A model generated the notes under the pieces. It was not told the DNA's origin. It saw only the letters and a program-made list of their open reading frames with translations, and made no database searches. From an uncultured Gammaproteobacteria bacterium (GTDB taxonomy: Bacteria; Patescibacteriota; Microgenomatia; Levybacterales; GWA1-39-11): 64,000 nt of DNA. Positions 1 through 10,094 of this stretch are shown here, in pieces (positions within the stretch are counted from its first letter, which is position 1; each line of letters begins with the position of its first letter). The stretch covers positions 210,630-274,629 of the forward strand of contig CAYPEN010000002.1 of NCBI GenBank assembly GCA_964409875.1. The letters run 5' to 3'. A program made the translations under genes and the position numbers.

Positions 1-148
1 AGATAATTTATTACCTCTTCACGAATTTCCTCAGTATCCTTAATTTTAGATTCTCCCCCTAATTTTATTTGCGGAATGAAAAGAAGATTCCTTCCTATGA
101 TAAGAAGGAAAAATGAATAAAAAAGAACTATCGCAAGTTTTCTCATAG

Positions 149-1669
149 CTATTCGGCAGTTCGGGGCCTGTATTGTAATGCTTCCAATATATGCTCGGAC
201 TTTACGCTACGTGACGAGTCTAAGTCCGCAATTGTGCGTGCAACTTTTAGCACTTTATTGAATGAACGGGCAGAAAGGGAGAGTGTTTTCATGGCGTTTT
301 TCATGACCATCTTCGCCTCATCTTCAATAAGAAGTAACTCTTTTAAGTCTCTTGCTGACATTTCGCTGTTCATTATAATCTTTTTTTCACTAAAGCGCTT
401 GCGCTGCTTCTGAAGCGCGCTTACAACGCGGCGTCTTACCGTTTTTGAATCCTCTATATTCTCTTCATCATCGACTAATTTCTCAACTTTAACTGCCGGT
501 ACGTCAATATGAATATCAATCCTGTCAAGAAGCGGACCGGATAATTTCTTTTGATATTTTAAGACCTGATTTGAGGAACACGTACACACTTTCGTGTTAT
601 CTCCATAATATCCGCAGGGACAAGGATTGGCGGCTGCCACAAGCATAAAGCGGCACGGAAAATTTGCCCTCTCTCTTGCACGGGAAATGCTTACAATTCC
701 ATCTTCCAAGGGTTGGCGGAGCGCCTCAAGAACATACCGGGAAAATTCAGGAAGCTCGTCTAAAAAAAGAACTCCTCTATGAGCAAGAGATATCTCTCCG
801 GGGCGAGGATTGGCACTTCCCCCCACAAGCCCTACATGGGAAGTGGTGTGATGAGGACTTCTAAATGGCCGGACTCTTAATATGGATTTTCCGAGCAAAA
901 GGCCTGAAATGCTATATATTTTTGTAACCTCCAGCGCCTCGTCAAATGAGAGAGGGGGAAGAATTGAGGGGATGGTTTTGGCAATAAGAGTTTTCCCGGC
1001 ACCGGGAGGTCCCTTGAGGAGAATATTATGTCCTCCAGCCACGGCTACTTCTACCGCCCGCTTAACGTACGCTTGTCCTTTGATGTCTTTTAGGTCAAAC
1101 TCATATTCCTCGTCATCCACCTCTTCTTCAAACCTGACGGGACTAAGAGGGGCAAGAAGTTTATTGCCAACCAAATGATTGAATAGTTCTTTAAGATTTT
1201 CTGCTGCATATACATCTATCCCGTGCACCACCTCAGCTTCTTTTTCGTTACTTTTTGGAATAAAAACACTTTTTAATCCTCTCTCTTTTGCAGCTAAAAC
1301 TATGGGCAGTATACCCTTTGATAGCCTTAATTCCCCATTAAGGGACAGTTCTCCAACGAAAAGCGCGCTTTTTGTATCAAAATTCAGCTGACCGGAGGAG
1401 AGAAGGATGGAAACAGCGATTGGCAAATCGAATGCAGGTCCCTCTTTTGGAAGATCACCTGGTGCCAAATTTACGGTCACTCTTTTTGTAGGAAACTCCG
1501 CTCCTGAATTCTTTATTGCCGAACGAACTCTTTCTTTCGACTCTTCAACTGCTTTATCCGGAAGACCAACAATAGTGAAAGAGGGGAGGCCGTTGAGAAT
1601 ATCTGTCTCCACCTCGACGAGAACGCCATCGAGTCCCACAACAGTTGCCGAAAGCACTTTGGAAACCAT
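149..1669 (-). CDS. comM: Mg-chelatase-like AAA+ ATPase YifB/ComM family
   Basis: 506 aa. N-terminal Lon-protease-like domain ('VGLDGVLVEVETDI...GLPDKAVEESKERVRSAI'). AAA+ Walker A 'LKGPPGAGKT'. C-terminal ChlI-type region. Length and domain order typical of YifB/ComM. Confidence 0.85.
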   Translation of the reverse strand: MVSKVLSATVVGLDGVLVEVETDILNGLPSFTIVGLPDKAVEESKERVRSAIKNSGAEFPTKRVTVNLAPGDLPKEGPAFDLPIAVSILLSSGQLNFDTKSALFVGELSLNGELRLSKGILPIVLAAKERGLKSVFIPKSNEKEAEVVHGIDVYAAENLKELFNHLVGNKLLAPLSPVRFEEEVDDEEYEFDLKDIKGQAYVKRAVEVAVAGGHNILLKGPPGAGKTLIAKTIPSILPPLSFDEALEVTKIYSISGLLLGKSILRVRPFRSPHHTTSHVGLVGGSANPRPGEISLAHRGVLFLDELPEFSRYVLEALRQPLEDGIVSISRARERANFPCRFMLVAAANPCPCGYYGDNTKVCTCSSNQVLKYQKKLSGPLLDRIDIHIDVPAVKVEKLVDDEENIEDSKTVRRRVVSALQKQRKRFSEKKIIMNSEMSARDLKELLLIEDEAKMVMKNAMKTLSLSARSFNKVLKVARTIADLDSSRSVKSEHILEALQYRPRTAE

Positions 1670-1780
1670 AAGGTTAGTTTATAGTATTTTGTAGCAGGTT
1701 TGTAGGTAGTCATACATTGTTAAAGTTGCTAAATTCTTCTTTTTGAACTATAAACTAAAGACCACTGGCCACATTATTCT

Positions 1781-3538
1781 ATGGATGACGTAGAACGAAT
1801 AAAACAGAAGCTCGACATAACAGATATTATCGGCGGATATATAGCAACAAAAAGAGCCGGACGTAATTTCAAAGCCGTTTGCCCCTTTCATAATGAAAAA
1901 TCCCCCTCATTTGTCATATCCCCTGAAAGACAAATATGGCACTGTTTTGGATGCAACAGGGGGGGAGACGTCTTTACCTTTGTCGAAGAATACGAACGGG
2001 TCGATTTTTCCGAGGCGCTTAAAATTCTTGCGGACAAAGCCAATATCACCTTAACAAAAACGGTTTTTGCCAACAAACAGGATGAAAAGAAAAACAGAAT
2101 ATACGAAATAAATCACCTTACCAGCCAATTCTATCACTTTCTTTTAACCGAGCATGCAAGCGGGAAACAGGCGCTATCCTATGTTGTTGAAAAACGGGGA
2201 TTAACTCCGGCTCTTATCAAAACGTATGCATTAGGATATGCACCACGACAGGCAAATGCCCTCGCCTCATACCTAATTAACAAAAAACATTATGTAAAAG
2301 ATGAACTCCTGGAAGCGGGCGTTGCAACGATACGAAACGGAAGGCTGTATGATTTCTTTCAAAACAGAATAATTTTTCCCATTCAGGATGCGAGAGGAAA
2401 TATCGTCGCCTTTTCAGGGAGAGGGCTTACTGACGAGGCAATCCCCAAATACATTAATACCAGAGAAACTCCAGTATATATTAAGGGAGATACGGTATTT
2501 GGCCTCTATCAGGCAAAGGATGCGATAAAAAAAGAGGGCAAGGTGATTCTTATGGAAGGAGAATTTGATGTCATTACCTCGTTTAAGGAAGGGCTTACGA
2601 ATGTTGTAGCGGTAAAAGGTACTGCTTTGACAGAAAACCAAATAAGGCTTCTTAAGCGATTCTGCCAGAAAATTGTATTTTGTTTTGATACCGACCCTGC
2701 GGGAACAGAAGCACAAAGACGTTCAATTGCTTTGATTGCCCACGAAGGCATTAATGCAAGCGTAGTTATACCTCCCCAAGGGAAAGATGCAGATGAAGCA
2801 TTGCGGGAAAACCCCCTCTTGTTCAAAAAAGCGCTAAAAAATGAAATAAATATTTACGATTTTATTATTGAAAGTGCAGCCCAAAATGAAGACCCTCAAA
2901 CAGTTGAAGGAAAAAAACACATCCTCACCCGCACCCTTTCCTATATTGCGGATATAGAAAACGAAATTGTTAAGGAACATTACTTAAAAAAACTTTCAGA
3001 GCTTCTTGATACCTCATATGAATCGGTCGTAAAAGAGGCTTTGAAAGAGAAAAAACCGACTCCTCCTGAGATTATCAAGAAAAAAACGGAAAAGAGGTCA
3101 CAGCTTGAGCTTTCGGAAGAGCATATATTAACGCTCATTTTTCAAGCACCCCGCCCAAAAGAAGCGGTCGTTACGGCTGTAAATATTCTTGACGGAATTC
3201 ATTTTTCCCACGATTCCTCACAAAAAATCTTTGAAACGACGAAGACGTATTTTCAGACAAGTGAGGAATTGAATGTTTCGGAATTAAGTAGACTGCTGCC
3301 CCAAGAGGTGCTTTCACAATTTGATTTTTATTTCCTATCCCCTTTGCCTCAATTCCCAAATGATGAAGCGTATATGCAAGAACTTGAGAAATCCATGCGC
3401 TCATACAAACAACTGGCGATAAAAAACCAATTACAAATGGTGTCTGAAAGGATAAAAAAAGCGGAAAAAGAGGGGAATGAGGAATCGCTACAAAAACTAC
3501 GGGTTGAGTTCAACACGCTTGCCTCCCACTTCAAGTAA
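1781..3538 (+). CDS. dnaG: DNA primase DnaG
   Basis: 585 aa. CHC2 zinc finger 'CPFHNEKSPSFVISPERQIWHCFGC'. TOPRIM region 'ILMEGEFDVIT...FCFDTDPAG'. Immediately upstream of rpoD, the classical dnaG-rpoD arrangement. Confidence 0.9.
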   Translation: MDDVERIKQKLDITDIIGGYIATKRAGRNFKAVCPFHNEKSPSFVISPERQIWHCFGCNRGGDVFTFVEEYERVDFSEALKILADKANITLTKTVFANKQDEKKNRIYEINHLTSQFYHFLLTEHASGKQALSYVVEKRGLTPALIKTYALGYAPRQANALASYLINKKHYVKDELLEAGVATIRNGRLYDFFQNRIIFPIQDARGNIVAFSGRGLTDEAIPKYINTRETPVYIKGDTVFGLYQAKDAIKKEGKVILMEGEFDVITSFKEGLTNVVAVKGTALTENQIRLLKRFCQKIVFCFDTDPAGTEAQRRSIALIAHEGINASVVIPPQGKDADEALRENPLLFKKALKNEINIYDFIIESAAQNEDPQTVEGKKHILTRTLSYIADIENEIVKEHYLKKLSELLDTSYESVVKEALKEKKPTPPEIIKKKTEKRSQLELSEEHILTLIFQAPRPKEAVVTAVNILDGIHFSHDSSQKIFETTKTYFQTSEELNVSELSRLLPQEVLSQFDFYFLSPLPQFPNDEAYMQELEKSMRSYKQLAIKNQLQMVSERIKKAEKEGNEESLQKLRVEFNTLASHFK

Positions 3539-3648
3539 TACTGAAGACCTTGAAAAATTGAGAAAAAAGAGGTACAATAAAGCTCATTCTTTTTCTGTGG
3601 GGATTTTTGTGTAAAAACAAAAGTTTTCTGCGATAAAGTATCATAAAT

Positions 3649-4737
3649 ATGAGGGTAGGTGCTGTTAAAAACGAACATATTGAAGAACTGTTAGCCTCGG
3701 CCAAGAAAAAAGGCTATATCACCCAGGAAGAGATTCTCCAAAAATTCCCAAAACCGGAACACTTCTTAGAAGAGCTTGACTATCTCTATGACCAGCTCAT
3801 CAAAAAAGAAATCGACATATTTGAAACAATTGAGCAAGAAAAAGAAACCCACAAATCAATTGAGGACTTAGAAAAAGAACTTGAAGCGCTAAATCTTATC
3901 CAAGGAGGAACCGTCTCAGACCCTGTGAGAATGTACCTTAAGGAAATTGGACGTATTCCACTTTTGACATTTGATCAGGAGGTTGACCTGGCAAAACGGC
4001 TTGAGGCGGGAGACGAGTCGGCACGCAAAAAGCTGGTTGAGTCAAATTTACGGCTTGTTGTCTCAATTGCCAAAAAATATGTTGGACGCGGAATGACGCT
4101 TTTAGACCTTATCCAGGAAGGAAATCAAGGACTTATTCGGGCGGTTGAAAAATACGACTGGAAAAAAGGGTTTAAATTCTCAACGTATGCTACCTGGTGG
4201 ATACGGCAGGCTATAACGCGGGCAATTGCCGACCAGGCTCGTACAATCCGCATTCCCGTTCATATGGTTGAAAATATAAATCGTACCATGCGTGTTCAAA
4301 GGCGTCTCATGCAAGAAATCGGCCGCCAGCCAACCCCTGAGGAAATTGCAAAGGAGCTAGAGACTGACCCAGATAAAGTCAGAGAGATTCTTAAAATTTC
4401 CCAGCAACCAGCTTCTCTAGATACTCCAGTTGGGGATGAGGAAGATTCATACTTAGGCGACTTTATCTATGACGTAACGGCGCCAACTCTTTTTGATACT
4501 GCATCACGGGGACTATTAAAAGAGCAGTTAAATTCGGTCTTAGGAACACTTTCCGACCGCGAGAGAAGAGTCTTGGAAGAACGTTTTGGCTTAAAAGACG
4601 GCAAACCAAAAACACTTGAAGAAGTAGGACGCATGTTTGCTGTTACCCGCGAGCGCATCAGACAAATTGAAGCAAAAGCTTTGAGAAAACTTCGCCACCC
4701 CTCCCGTGGCAACAAACTCCGCGACTACTTGGAGTAG
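3649..4737 (+). CDS. rpoD: RNA polymerase primary sigma factor (sigma-70 family)
   Basis: 362 aa. Region 2 '[29 protein letters not shown]'. Region 4 HTH '[30 protein letters not shown]'. Follows dnaG. Confidence 0.9.
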   Translation: MRVGAVKNEHIEELLASAKKKGYITQEEILQKFPKPEHFLEELDYLYDQLIKKEIDIFETIEQEKETHKSIEDLEKELEALNLIQGGTVSDPVRMYLKEIGRIPLLTFDQEVDLAKRLEAGDESARKKLVESNLRLVVSIAKKYVGRGMTLLDLIQEGNQGLIRAVEKYDWKKGFKFSTYATWWIRQAITRAIADQARTIRIPVHMVENINRTMRVQRRLMQEIGRQPTPEEIAKELETDPDKVREILKISQQPASLDTPVGDEEDSYLGDFIYDVTAPTLFDTASRGLLKEQLNSVLGTLSDRERRVLEERFGLKDGKPKTLEEVGRMFAVTRERIRQIEAKALRKLRHPSRGNKLRDYLE

Positions 4738-4810
4738 AACGACAGGCAAGCTCCGCTTATCTAGAGTAACTTCTGAAAGTTTTCATTTTTTGTGCTACGG
4801 TAAATATATT

Positions 4811-5359
4811 ATGAAATTATTCATTGTCTCGGCTTTTCTGCTCATCCTTTTTAGCACAAGCAACGCGTATGCCTCGTCATCTCACCGTAATTTTGCTTCA
4901 GACTCTGCTGATATGGTATTCACAGAGCTGCCCGAAGAAAACCCCAAATTCTCACTTGACGCGCTCAATGCTTTTGCATATATCTCCGACCAGGTAAGGA
5001 TCATCTCTGTTCTTCGGCTAGTCGGAGTAATCCAAGCACTAGGAATAGATCAAAACTCCTATTATGTTTCCGACTTTACCAAGAATGATGAATGGATAGA
5101 TAAATTAATTGAAAACGGCGAACTCTCCCCAACATACGCAAAAGTCCTTACTTTTTTCACCGGTAAAACCCAAAACTGTATGGACACAACGCAGCAAGGA
5201 GTGTGCTATTCATCAAATGGGAACCGCGCATTGCTTCTTGTTAAATTGACATATGGCCCAACAAACAGAAAATGCGGCAATGACTCTGCTTTTTATCTGT
5301 GGGACTCAAAGAGTGGAGGAAAGACAGTTTGTCTTACCCCAAAGACGCTTTCTATCTGA
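4811..5359 (+). CDS. hypothetical secreted protein (signal peptide, Cys-containing)
   Basis: The track ORF starts at 4706, but an internal ATG at 4811 gives the signal peptide 'MKLFIVSAFLLILFSTSNAYA'. No recognisable domain. Confidence 0.45.
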   Translation: MKLFIVSAFLLILFSTSNAYASSSHRNFASDSADMVFTELPEENPKFSLDALNAFAYISDQVRIISVLRLVGVIQALGIDQNSYYVSDFTKNDEWIDKLIENGELSPTYAKVLTFFTGKTQNCMDTTQQGVCYSSNGNRALLLVKLTYGPTNRKCGNDSAFYLWDSKSGGKTVCLTPKTLSI

Positions 5360-5451
5360 TGCTGTGGCAGAATACCATTTCAGGCTAGACTTCTGTTTTT
5401 CTAGGTGATAAAATAGCTAACACTCAGAAAATCTGAGATTTCTACCAATGT

Positions 5452-5731
5452 TCCGCGATAGCTCAGCGGTAGAGCAGGAAGCTGTGTTAGCAGCTCTTGA
5501 TGGAAACGTCAAGATGAATAAGTGGGTGAATTCAGGGAACGTTTCAACAACCCTGAGCCAAGCCCTTTCTGCAAAAAAGAAAGGGAAGGTGCAGAGACTA
5601 GGTGAGTACACCAATTAGCGCCCACCACCTACATCTTTTTAAGACATGGTGATGAGATAGTCCAAAAAGTAAAACAAATAGTTTTACTAACCGTAACTTC
5701 AAGGTCCTAGGTTCGAATCCTAGTCGCGGAG
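5452..5731 (+). tRNA. intron-containing tRNA, most likely tRNA-Asn(GUU); exon 1 5452..5485, exon 2 5694..5731
   Basis: Exon 1 is TCCGCGA-TA-GCTC-AGCGGTA-GAGC-A-GGAAG-CUGU. Exon 2 is UAA-CUUCA-AGGUC-CUAGG-UUCGAAU-CCUAG-UCGCGGA-G. Spliced product is 72 nt with a perfect 7-bp acceptor stem, D-arm, T-arm GGTTCGAATCC and anticodon loop CU-GUU-AA. The two halves are 208 nt apart. Confidence 0.75.
5486..5693 (+). ncRNA. group I self-splicing intron inserted in the tRNA anticodon loop (between nt 35 and 36)
   Basis: Exon ends in U (U-1). 'GCAGCU' at 5490..5495 can pair with exon 'AGCUGU' to form P1 with a terminal U·G. Intron ends in G (omega-G, 5693). Conserved core elements: R-like 'GUGCAGAGACUAG' (~5595) and S-like 'GAGAUAGUCC' (~5654). 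A P5-like stem 'UCAGGGAACG...CCCUGAG'. No ORF inside. Confidence 0.7.
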
Positions 5732-7321
5732 CAAAACAGGACGATGAAGATAAAAATCGTCCATTTGGACTGTTATATCAGCCTTTATTGGTGGTTCGAA
5801 AATCCTCGCAACTATTATGTCGTTTCTTTCCTCTTTCGAACTGATAAGCTCATTTGTAAGCTCGACCAGCTCAAGGAGTAATTTGAATGCTTTGGAATAA
5901 TTTGCAATCAGTTTTCCGTTTTCCAAATATAGGTCTGAAAAAACAAGGTTCGTTAATAGTCTCTTGTCTTCTTTCTGCGCCTTTTCATAAATGATATTTG
6001 CCCGTTGAGATAGTTCATACAAACTAGAACCCAATTCATAATATTTTTCATTCGCATTAGTGTGCTTCTCCAGAGACTTTGCTATGTCTTTTAGCTCTTC
6101 GAGGTAACGCTTTGAGCTTTGTGTGTAAAACGTCTCTGTAATTTTTTCATCCAGTTTGTCTTCGTACATTTTCTCCAGACGTTTATTGAGTTGCGTCTGA
6201 CGTTGATTAAGTTCATTGAGTGAAGAAGAATGATATTGAATTTTATCTTTATGTCCTTCTTTAAGTGCTTTTCGCACCCATTCAACAATACGGGGATTAT
6301 TTATACGTAACTTCCCAAACTCTTTGGCCAGAGCTTCTACTACTTCTTGCTGGGTATACCATATCTCCTGAGAGCAATCTTTATAACCGTTACAATGCCC
6401 ATAGACGATTCCTTTATGGATTTCCCAGGTAATTAACCCTCTGCATTCCATACACCGAAGCATACCTTGAAAAAGATGATTGTGTTTTCGATACTTTGGC
6501 GTGCTCTTGCTCCTCAATACTTCCTGCACCTTAGAAAATAAATCGTCACTGATAAACTGCTCGTGATTACCCTCATATAAAGCGTCATTCCATCTGATTT
6601 TTCCAATATAGAAAGGGTCAGTAAGATATTGATGAATTCTACTTTTTACAATCTTATTTCCGTTAGCATTGCGAAGACCTTTCTTGTATACGAACTCAGT
6701 TAACGCTTTCAGGGAATAATTTCTACTGGCGTATTGTGTGAACATCTCAATAACGAGCGGCATTTTATCCTCATCGATAACATGAGTTTTATGTCCTTTT
6801 TCTCCGACAGTTTTGTATCCGATTGGTGGTCTTGTGGGAAGCCATCCTTGGGCTATTTTTTCTTTTTGTCCCTTCTTTACGTTTTCCGAAAGAAGTCTCA
6901 CGTAATATTCAGCAGTAGCAACTTTTACTCTCCACATGAACCATTCATGGGATTTTGAATTCCTATGCAAAATACAGCCTTCTTTTACAAGATGAATTTG
7001 ATTACTCTCATCATCCATGACCCATTTATCAATTGTGGGAACGTCTGCAAAATTTCGGGTCAAGCGGTCTGTTGTTTCTACAACCATAGCGGGAATCTTA
7101 TTGTCACGAATGAATTTAGTCATTTCGTTAAAAGTCTTCCTTTGCGTATGTCCACTTGCCGATTCTGAAATAGCAAAAACTTTTATAATCTCTAGATTGT
7201 TTTTTGCAGCATACTCACGAAGGAATTTCTCCTGGGCAGGCAGAGAGTATCCTGTTTCCTCTTGTTCTTTACTGCTTACTCTACAAAATAAAATTGCTTT
7301 CATAATCTCAAATGCCCTCAC
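5720..7321 (-). CDS. large serine recombinase (integrase)
   Basis: 533 aa. N-terminal resolvase catalytic domain with nucleophile Ser in 'ILFCRVSSKEQ'. Central recombinase domain. Cys-rich zinc-ribbon 'CMECRGLITWEIHKGIVYGHCNGYKDC'. C-terminal coiled coil. Stop codon overlaps the 3' end of the tRNA by 12 nt. Confidence 0.85.
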   Translation of the reverse strand: MRAFEIMKAILFCRVSSKEQEETGYSLPAQEKFLREYAAKNNLEIIKVFAISESASGHTQRKTFNEMTKFIRDNKIPAMVVETTDRLTRNFADVPTIDKWVMDDESNQIHLVKEGCILHRNSKSHEWFMWRVKVATAEYYVRLLSENVKKGQKEKIAQGWLPTRPPIGYKTVGEKGHKTHVIDEDKMPLVIEMFTQYASRNYSLKALTEFVYKKGLRNANGNKIVKSRIHQYLTDPFYIGKIRWNDALYEGNHEQFISDDLFSKVQEVLRSKSTPKYRKHNHLFQGMLRCMECRGLITWEIHKGIVYGHCNGYKDCSQEIWYTQQEVVEALAKEFGKLRINNPRIVEWVRKALKEGHKDKIQYHSSSLNELNQRQTQLNKRLEKMYEDKLDEKITETFYTQSSKRYLEELKDIAKSLEKHTNANEKYYELGSSLYELSQRANIIYEKAQKEDKRLLTNLVFSDLYLENGKLIANYSKAFKLLLELVELTNELISSKEERNDIIVARIFEPPIKADITVQMDDFYLHRPVLLRD

Positions 7322-7427
7322 TGGTTGTGCTCAGAACGGTGATGTCCTGTCCAATGAGGGCATTAAAAAACACCACCTTGTTTACTGAGCACGTTTTAAA
7401 CATAGCGCTCTGATTTAATAAAATCAA

Positions 7428-7583
7428 CTATGTTTCTATATTACCATCTGTTACTTTCAATAGAACTTCATAATACTGAAAGATAGCACTACCGATTTCT
7501 GAAACAAGGTCGTCTGATAGGCTCACACCGTAATCACTTTTGAAAATCTCTTTAAGTTCTTCCAATAACTGTTTATTAATCAT
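7428..7583 (-). CDS. small hypothetical ORF (52 aa) in the island, not in the supplied track
   Basis: ATG at 7583 gives 'MINKQLLEELKEIFKSDYGVSLSDDLVSEIGSAIFQYYEVLLKVTDGNIET' on manual translation. Below the track length cut-off. No homology recognised. Confidence 0.2.
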   Translation of the reverse strand: MINKQLLEELKEIFKSDYGVSLSDDLVSEIGSAIFQYYEVLLKVTDGNIET

Positions 7584-7657
7584 GTTTTTTATCTCGAGAT
7601 GACTAAATGGTCACCTCTTATCTCTTCTGCACATTCTTGACTCTTGTGACAAATACT

Positions 7658-7954
7658 CTAGGCACAAACTTGCAATATAATTTCATTGTTCTGTTGTATC
7701 TTTTTAAACTCTGGTGTTTTCCGAAAAATGTTTCGAACTTCTTTCGGTTTCACTGCATATCTATTTTCCTTTGCAACCGCACAAACGAATGAAATAAGAG
7801 GATAGTCTCCAATAGCATCCCATCGAGCCTCGTTTCTCAAGAATGTAAAAATTGTTTTCAATCGCTTTTTTCTTTCAATCATTTTTTCAATAATAGGCTT
7901 AGACAGACTTAAATCTTGGAAAGAGTAATAGTTAAATTTATTTATTTTTCCCAT
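7658..7954 (-). CDS. hypothetical protein (island)
   Basis: 98-aa ORF, AT-rich island context, co-directional with the recombinase. Confidence 0.35.
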   Translation of the reverse strand: MGKINKFNYYSFQDLSLSKPIIEKMIERKKRLKTIFTFLRNEARWDAIGDYPLISFVCAVAKENRYAVKPKEVRNIFRKTPEFKKIQQNNEIILQVCA

Positions 7955-8109
7955 ATATCTATTAATTAATATTTATTAGTTACAAGATATTTACTTCTTA
8001 CTAGATAGTTAATATATAGTGATAGTAAATATTGATTATTTGCTCTCCAGTGAAAATAAGAATCTGATAAAAATAAGAATGATATATACATATTCATAAT
8101 TAATATTTA

Positions 8110-8481
8110 TTAGAAGGGAATATCATCTGGATTAACAACTTCTTCTGAGAACTCTCTTGTGTTTCCGAGCTCTTCATTGACCCTATCTAAAACTGCCTTG
8201 GATATTTCGAAGAACATGCTTTTGTCGGAGATGTAAACGGATTTTACATAGCTGTATCCAGCTTTATAGGCGGGCAAATCAAATACTAAAGTTTCATGGC
8301 CATCACCATTAAAATCTCTCTTCTTGATTGTTATGCCTTTGATTGTTATAAATCCGAAATCGACCTGTACGAAGGCAATAATTGAAGGATTTCCATGAGC
8401 TAATTTAATGCGTGCTGTAGCAAAATTAGTATTTAAATCTACGGGTATTTCTACCTCAATGTCTGATTTTTCCATATTCAT
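8110..8481 (-). CDS. hypothetical protein (island)
   Basis: 123-aa ORF, no recognisable motif. Confidence 0.4.
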   Translation of the reverse strand: MNMEKSDIEVEIPVDLNTNFATARIKLAHGNPSIIAFVQVDFGFITIKGITIKKRDFNGDGHETLVFDLPAYKAGYSYVKSVYISDKSMFFEISKAVLDRVNEELGNTREFSEEVVNPDDIPF

Positions 8482-8488
8482 TTAATTT

Positions 8489-8686
8489 TTAACTATGCTT
8501 ATGATTTTTCATAAACACATTGAGCGTCATATCAAACACTTTAATTCCTACAGCACGACAACTCTCGCAACAAATAAAATCGGGGTTCTCAAATAGACAA
8601 TAGTGAAGCGCTGCTCCTAAAGTCGAAAGTTCACCTTCACTTAGGTCAAGTACGTATCTGATTTCCTCTAGCTTAGTTTTTTTCAT
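8489..8686 (-). CDS. hypothetical small Cys-rich protein (island)
   Basis: 65 aa, 'CxxC...CC' content. 14-nt overlap with the upstream ORF suggests an operon. Confidence 0.3.
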   Translation of the reverse strand: MKKTKLEEIRYVLDLSEGELSTLGAALHYCLFENPDFICCESCRAVGIKVFDMTLNVFMKNHKHS

Positions 8687-8948
8687 AGGTTCCTTTCGTT
8701 TTCTCGTGAATTCGCGTTTTTAATTCATTAATTGTTTCTATGAGGAGACGGGATTCTACCTTGAGACTTCTATCCCAATGCTTTTTTATGATTTCTTCAC
8801 ACTTAACTGGAGTTGCAGAAAATTGAAAAGTGATGAATCTTCCGTTGCCACTTATGAGGCTAGTAAGAGGTATTCCGCTTGCTCTAACAAGCACTGCAGA
8901 ATAGAAATCATTTGTTTGCCAAGTTGTATTTTTATCTTTCATCTCCAT
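8673..8948 (-). CDS. hypothetical protein (island)
   Basis: 91-aa ORF overlapping the next gene by 14 nt. Confidence 0.35.
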   Translation of the reverse strand: MEMKDKNTTWQTNDFYSAVLVRASGIPLTSLISGNGRFITFQFSATPVKCEEIIKKHWDRSLKVESRLLIETINELKTRIHEKTKGTYEKN

Positions 8949-9019
8949 AAAAAAACTCTGAATTGTTTGAGTATCCAGAGTTTATAAAACGGAGCGATAT
9001 GGATTGAGACGTTATTTTT

Positions 9020-9844
9020 CTACTTTTTAAGCATGACTTTTTGTCTTTCTTTTAATCTTTGCTTCATTTTTCGAAGTGTATTGGCTTTCTTTTTGAGTTC
9101 ATCGTTATCGGCATGTTCGTATATCTCGGCCGCTTGTATCGTCGAGGTAATTTTTTCCTGAATTTTTCCATCAACGGAATCATAGTAAGTACGTTTTGTG
9201 CCAATCTCACCAGTTTTTAAGGATTGTGTTAAGTTACGTATTCGTCTGTGTTTATTTTTACTCATAGATAACGCTTGTAAAAGGCTTCTATATGCGGACT
9301 GCGCTTTTTTTGACGGTCTTCCCTTAATACCAACGTTGTTTTTGACAGTTCTACGAACATATTTCTTTTCCTGTGTGGTGAGCGGTATCCGTTGCAACTC
9401 ATCAGGGTTACTCATGATGTCATTCGGGAGTTCAGTGTTATAAAGTGGGGTCCATGGAGGTTGCCCATACAATACAAAGTATTGCATCCAGTCGTAGAAA
9501 CCAATAGGCAAGCCGTAGCTGACAAGTAAATGATTTATCCGTTTTTCGAATATGTCCCTAGTAGATTTATCCTGAGTTCTTAACCAAAAAGATTCTGCAT
9601 CAATATAATTATCATATTCAAAAGATTCCACATCTTTTTCTGAATTCAACTTTGGAATGCTCAGCTCTTTTCTCAACCCTTTTATGTCTTTCTTGAATCC
9701 AGTATCACTTTTTAAGTATGTCGAGAGTTCTCGATTTAATTCTTTTCGTGTTCCGAAATACTTTGTGTCTGCTTCATGCTTAATCGCATCTTGCATCAAT
9801 TCTCCAAGAGGGGATAACTTCGGCAAGTTCTTATTTCTCTTCAT
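9020..9844 (-). CDS. hypothetical protein (island), basic/charged
   Basis: 274 aa, Lys/Arg-rich termini. No motif recognised. Largest cargo ORF of the island. Confidence 0.45.
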   Translation of the reverse strand: MKRNKNLPKLSPLGELMQDAIKHEADTKYFGTRKELNRELSTYLKSDTGFKKDIKGLRKELSIPKLNSEKDVESFEYDNYIDAESFWLRTQDKSTRDIFEKRINHLLVSYGLPIGFYDWMQYFVLYGQPPWTPLYNTELPNDIMSNPDELQRIPLTTQEKKYVRRTVKNNVGIKGRPSKKAQSAYRSLLQALSMSKNKHRRIRNLTQSLKTGEIGTKRTYYDSVDGKIQEKITSTIQAAEIYEHADNDELKKKANTLRKMKQRLKERQKVMLKK

Positions 9845-10094
9845 ATTACATTTAATTTGTGCTTATTATACTAGATGGATATATTTGATTAAGATGATAT
9901 AGTTTATCTTTCTTTTATAATTCTAAAAATTGTCTTGTAAAACGCTCTTCTGATGAAGTTATTGTGGTCAATATCACATTAAAATATGTATAAAAAGCCT
10001 TACAAACTTATATATAACTGCAAACTAACGCATTCCGCTTTAAAAAGAATTAGAAAAACATGCAGAGGTTATCCTGTAATCAGAAAAGAAGTGC

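Noticed and set aside
664-1694. Plus-strand track ORFs (664..864, 882..1178, 1179..1391, 1407..1694) inside the comM gene
   Set aside because: They lie antisense to a full-length, motif-bearing AAA+ gene. Their products are low-complexity (Ser/Pro-rich) and have no starts with plausible RBS context. Treated as spurious, as are the many other 60-130-aa antisense ORFs inside dnaG, copA, cyoB, clpB, VirB4, the 1243-aa gene and others.
5417-5614. 65-aa minus-strand ORF overlapping the tRNA exon 1 and intron
   Set aside because: It overlaps a structured RNA (tRNA plus group I intron core) and has no protein-like features.
7955-8116. AT-rich direct repeat 'AATTAATATTTATTAG' (7964..7979 and 8098..8113) and 'AATAAGAAT' doublet
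   Set aside because: Short repeats in an extremely AT-rich spacer. One copy lies in an intergenic leader and the other overlaps a gene's stop, so the positions are not equivalent. Likely chance or promoter-like AT sequence, not an att site or IS end.
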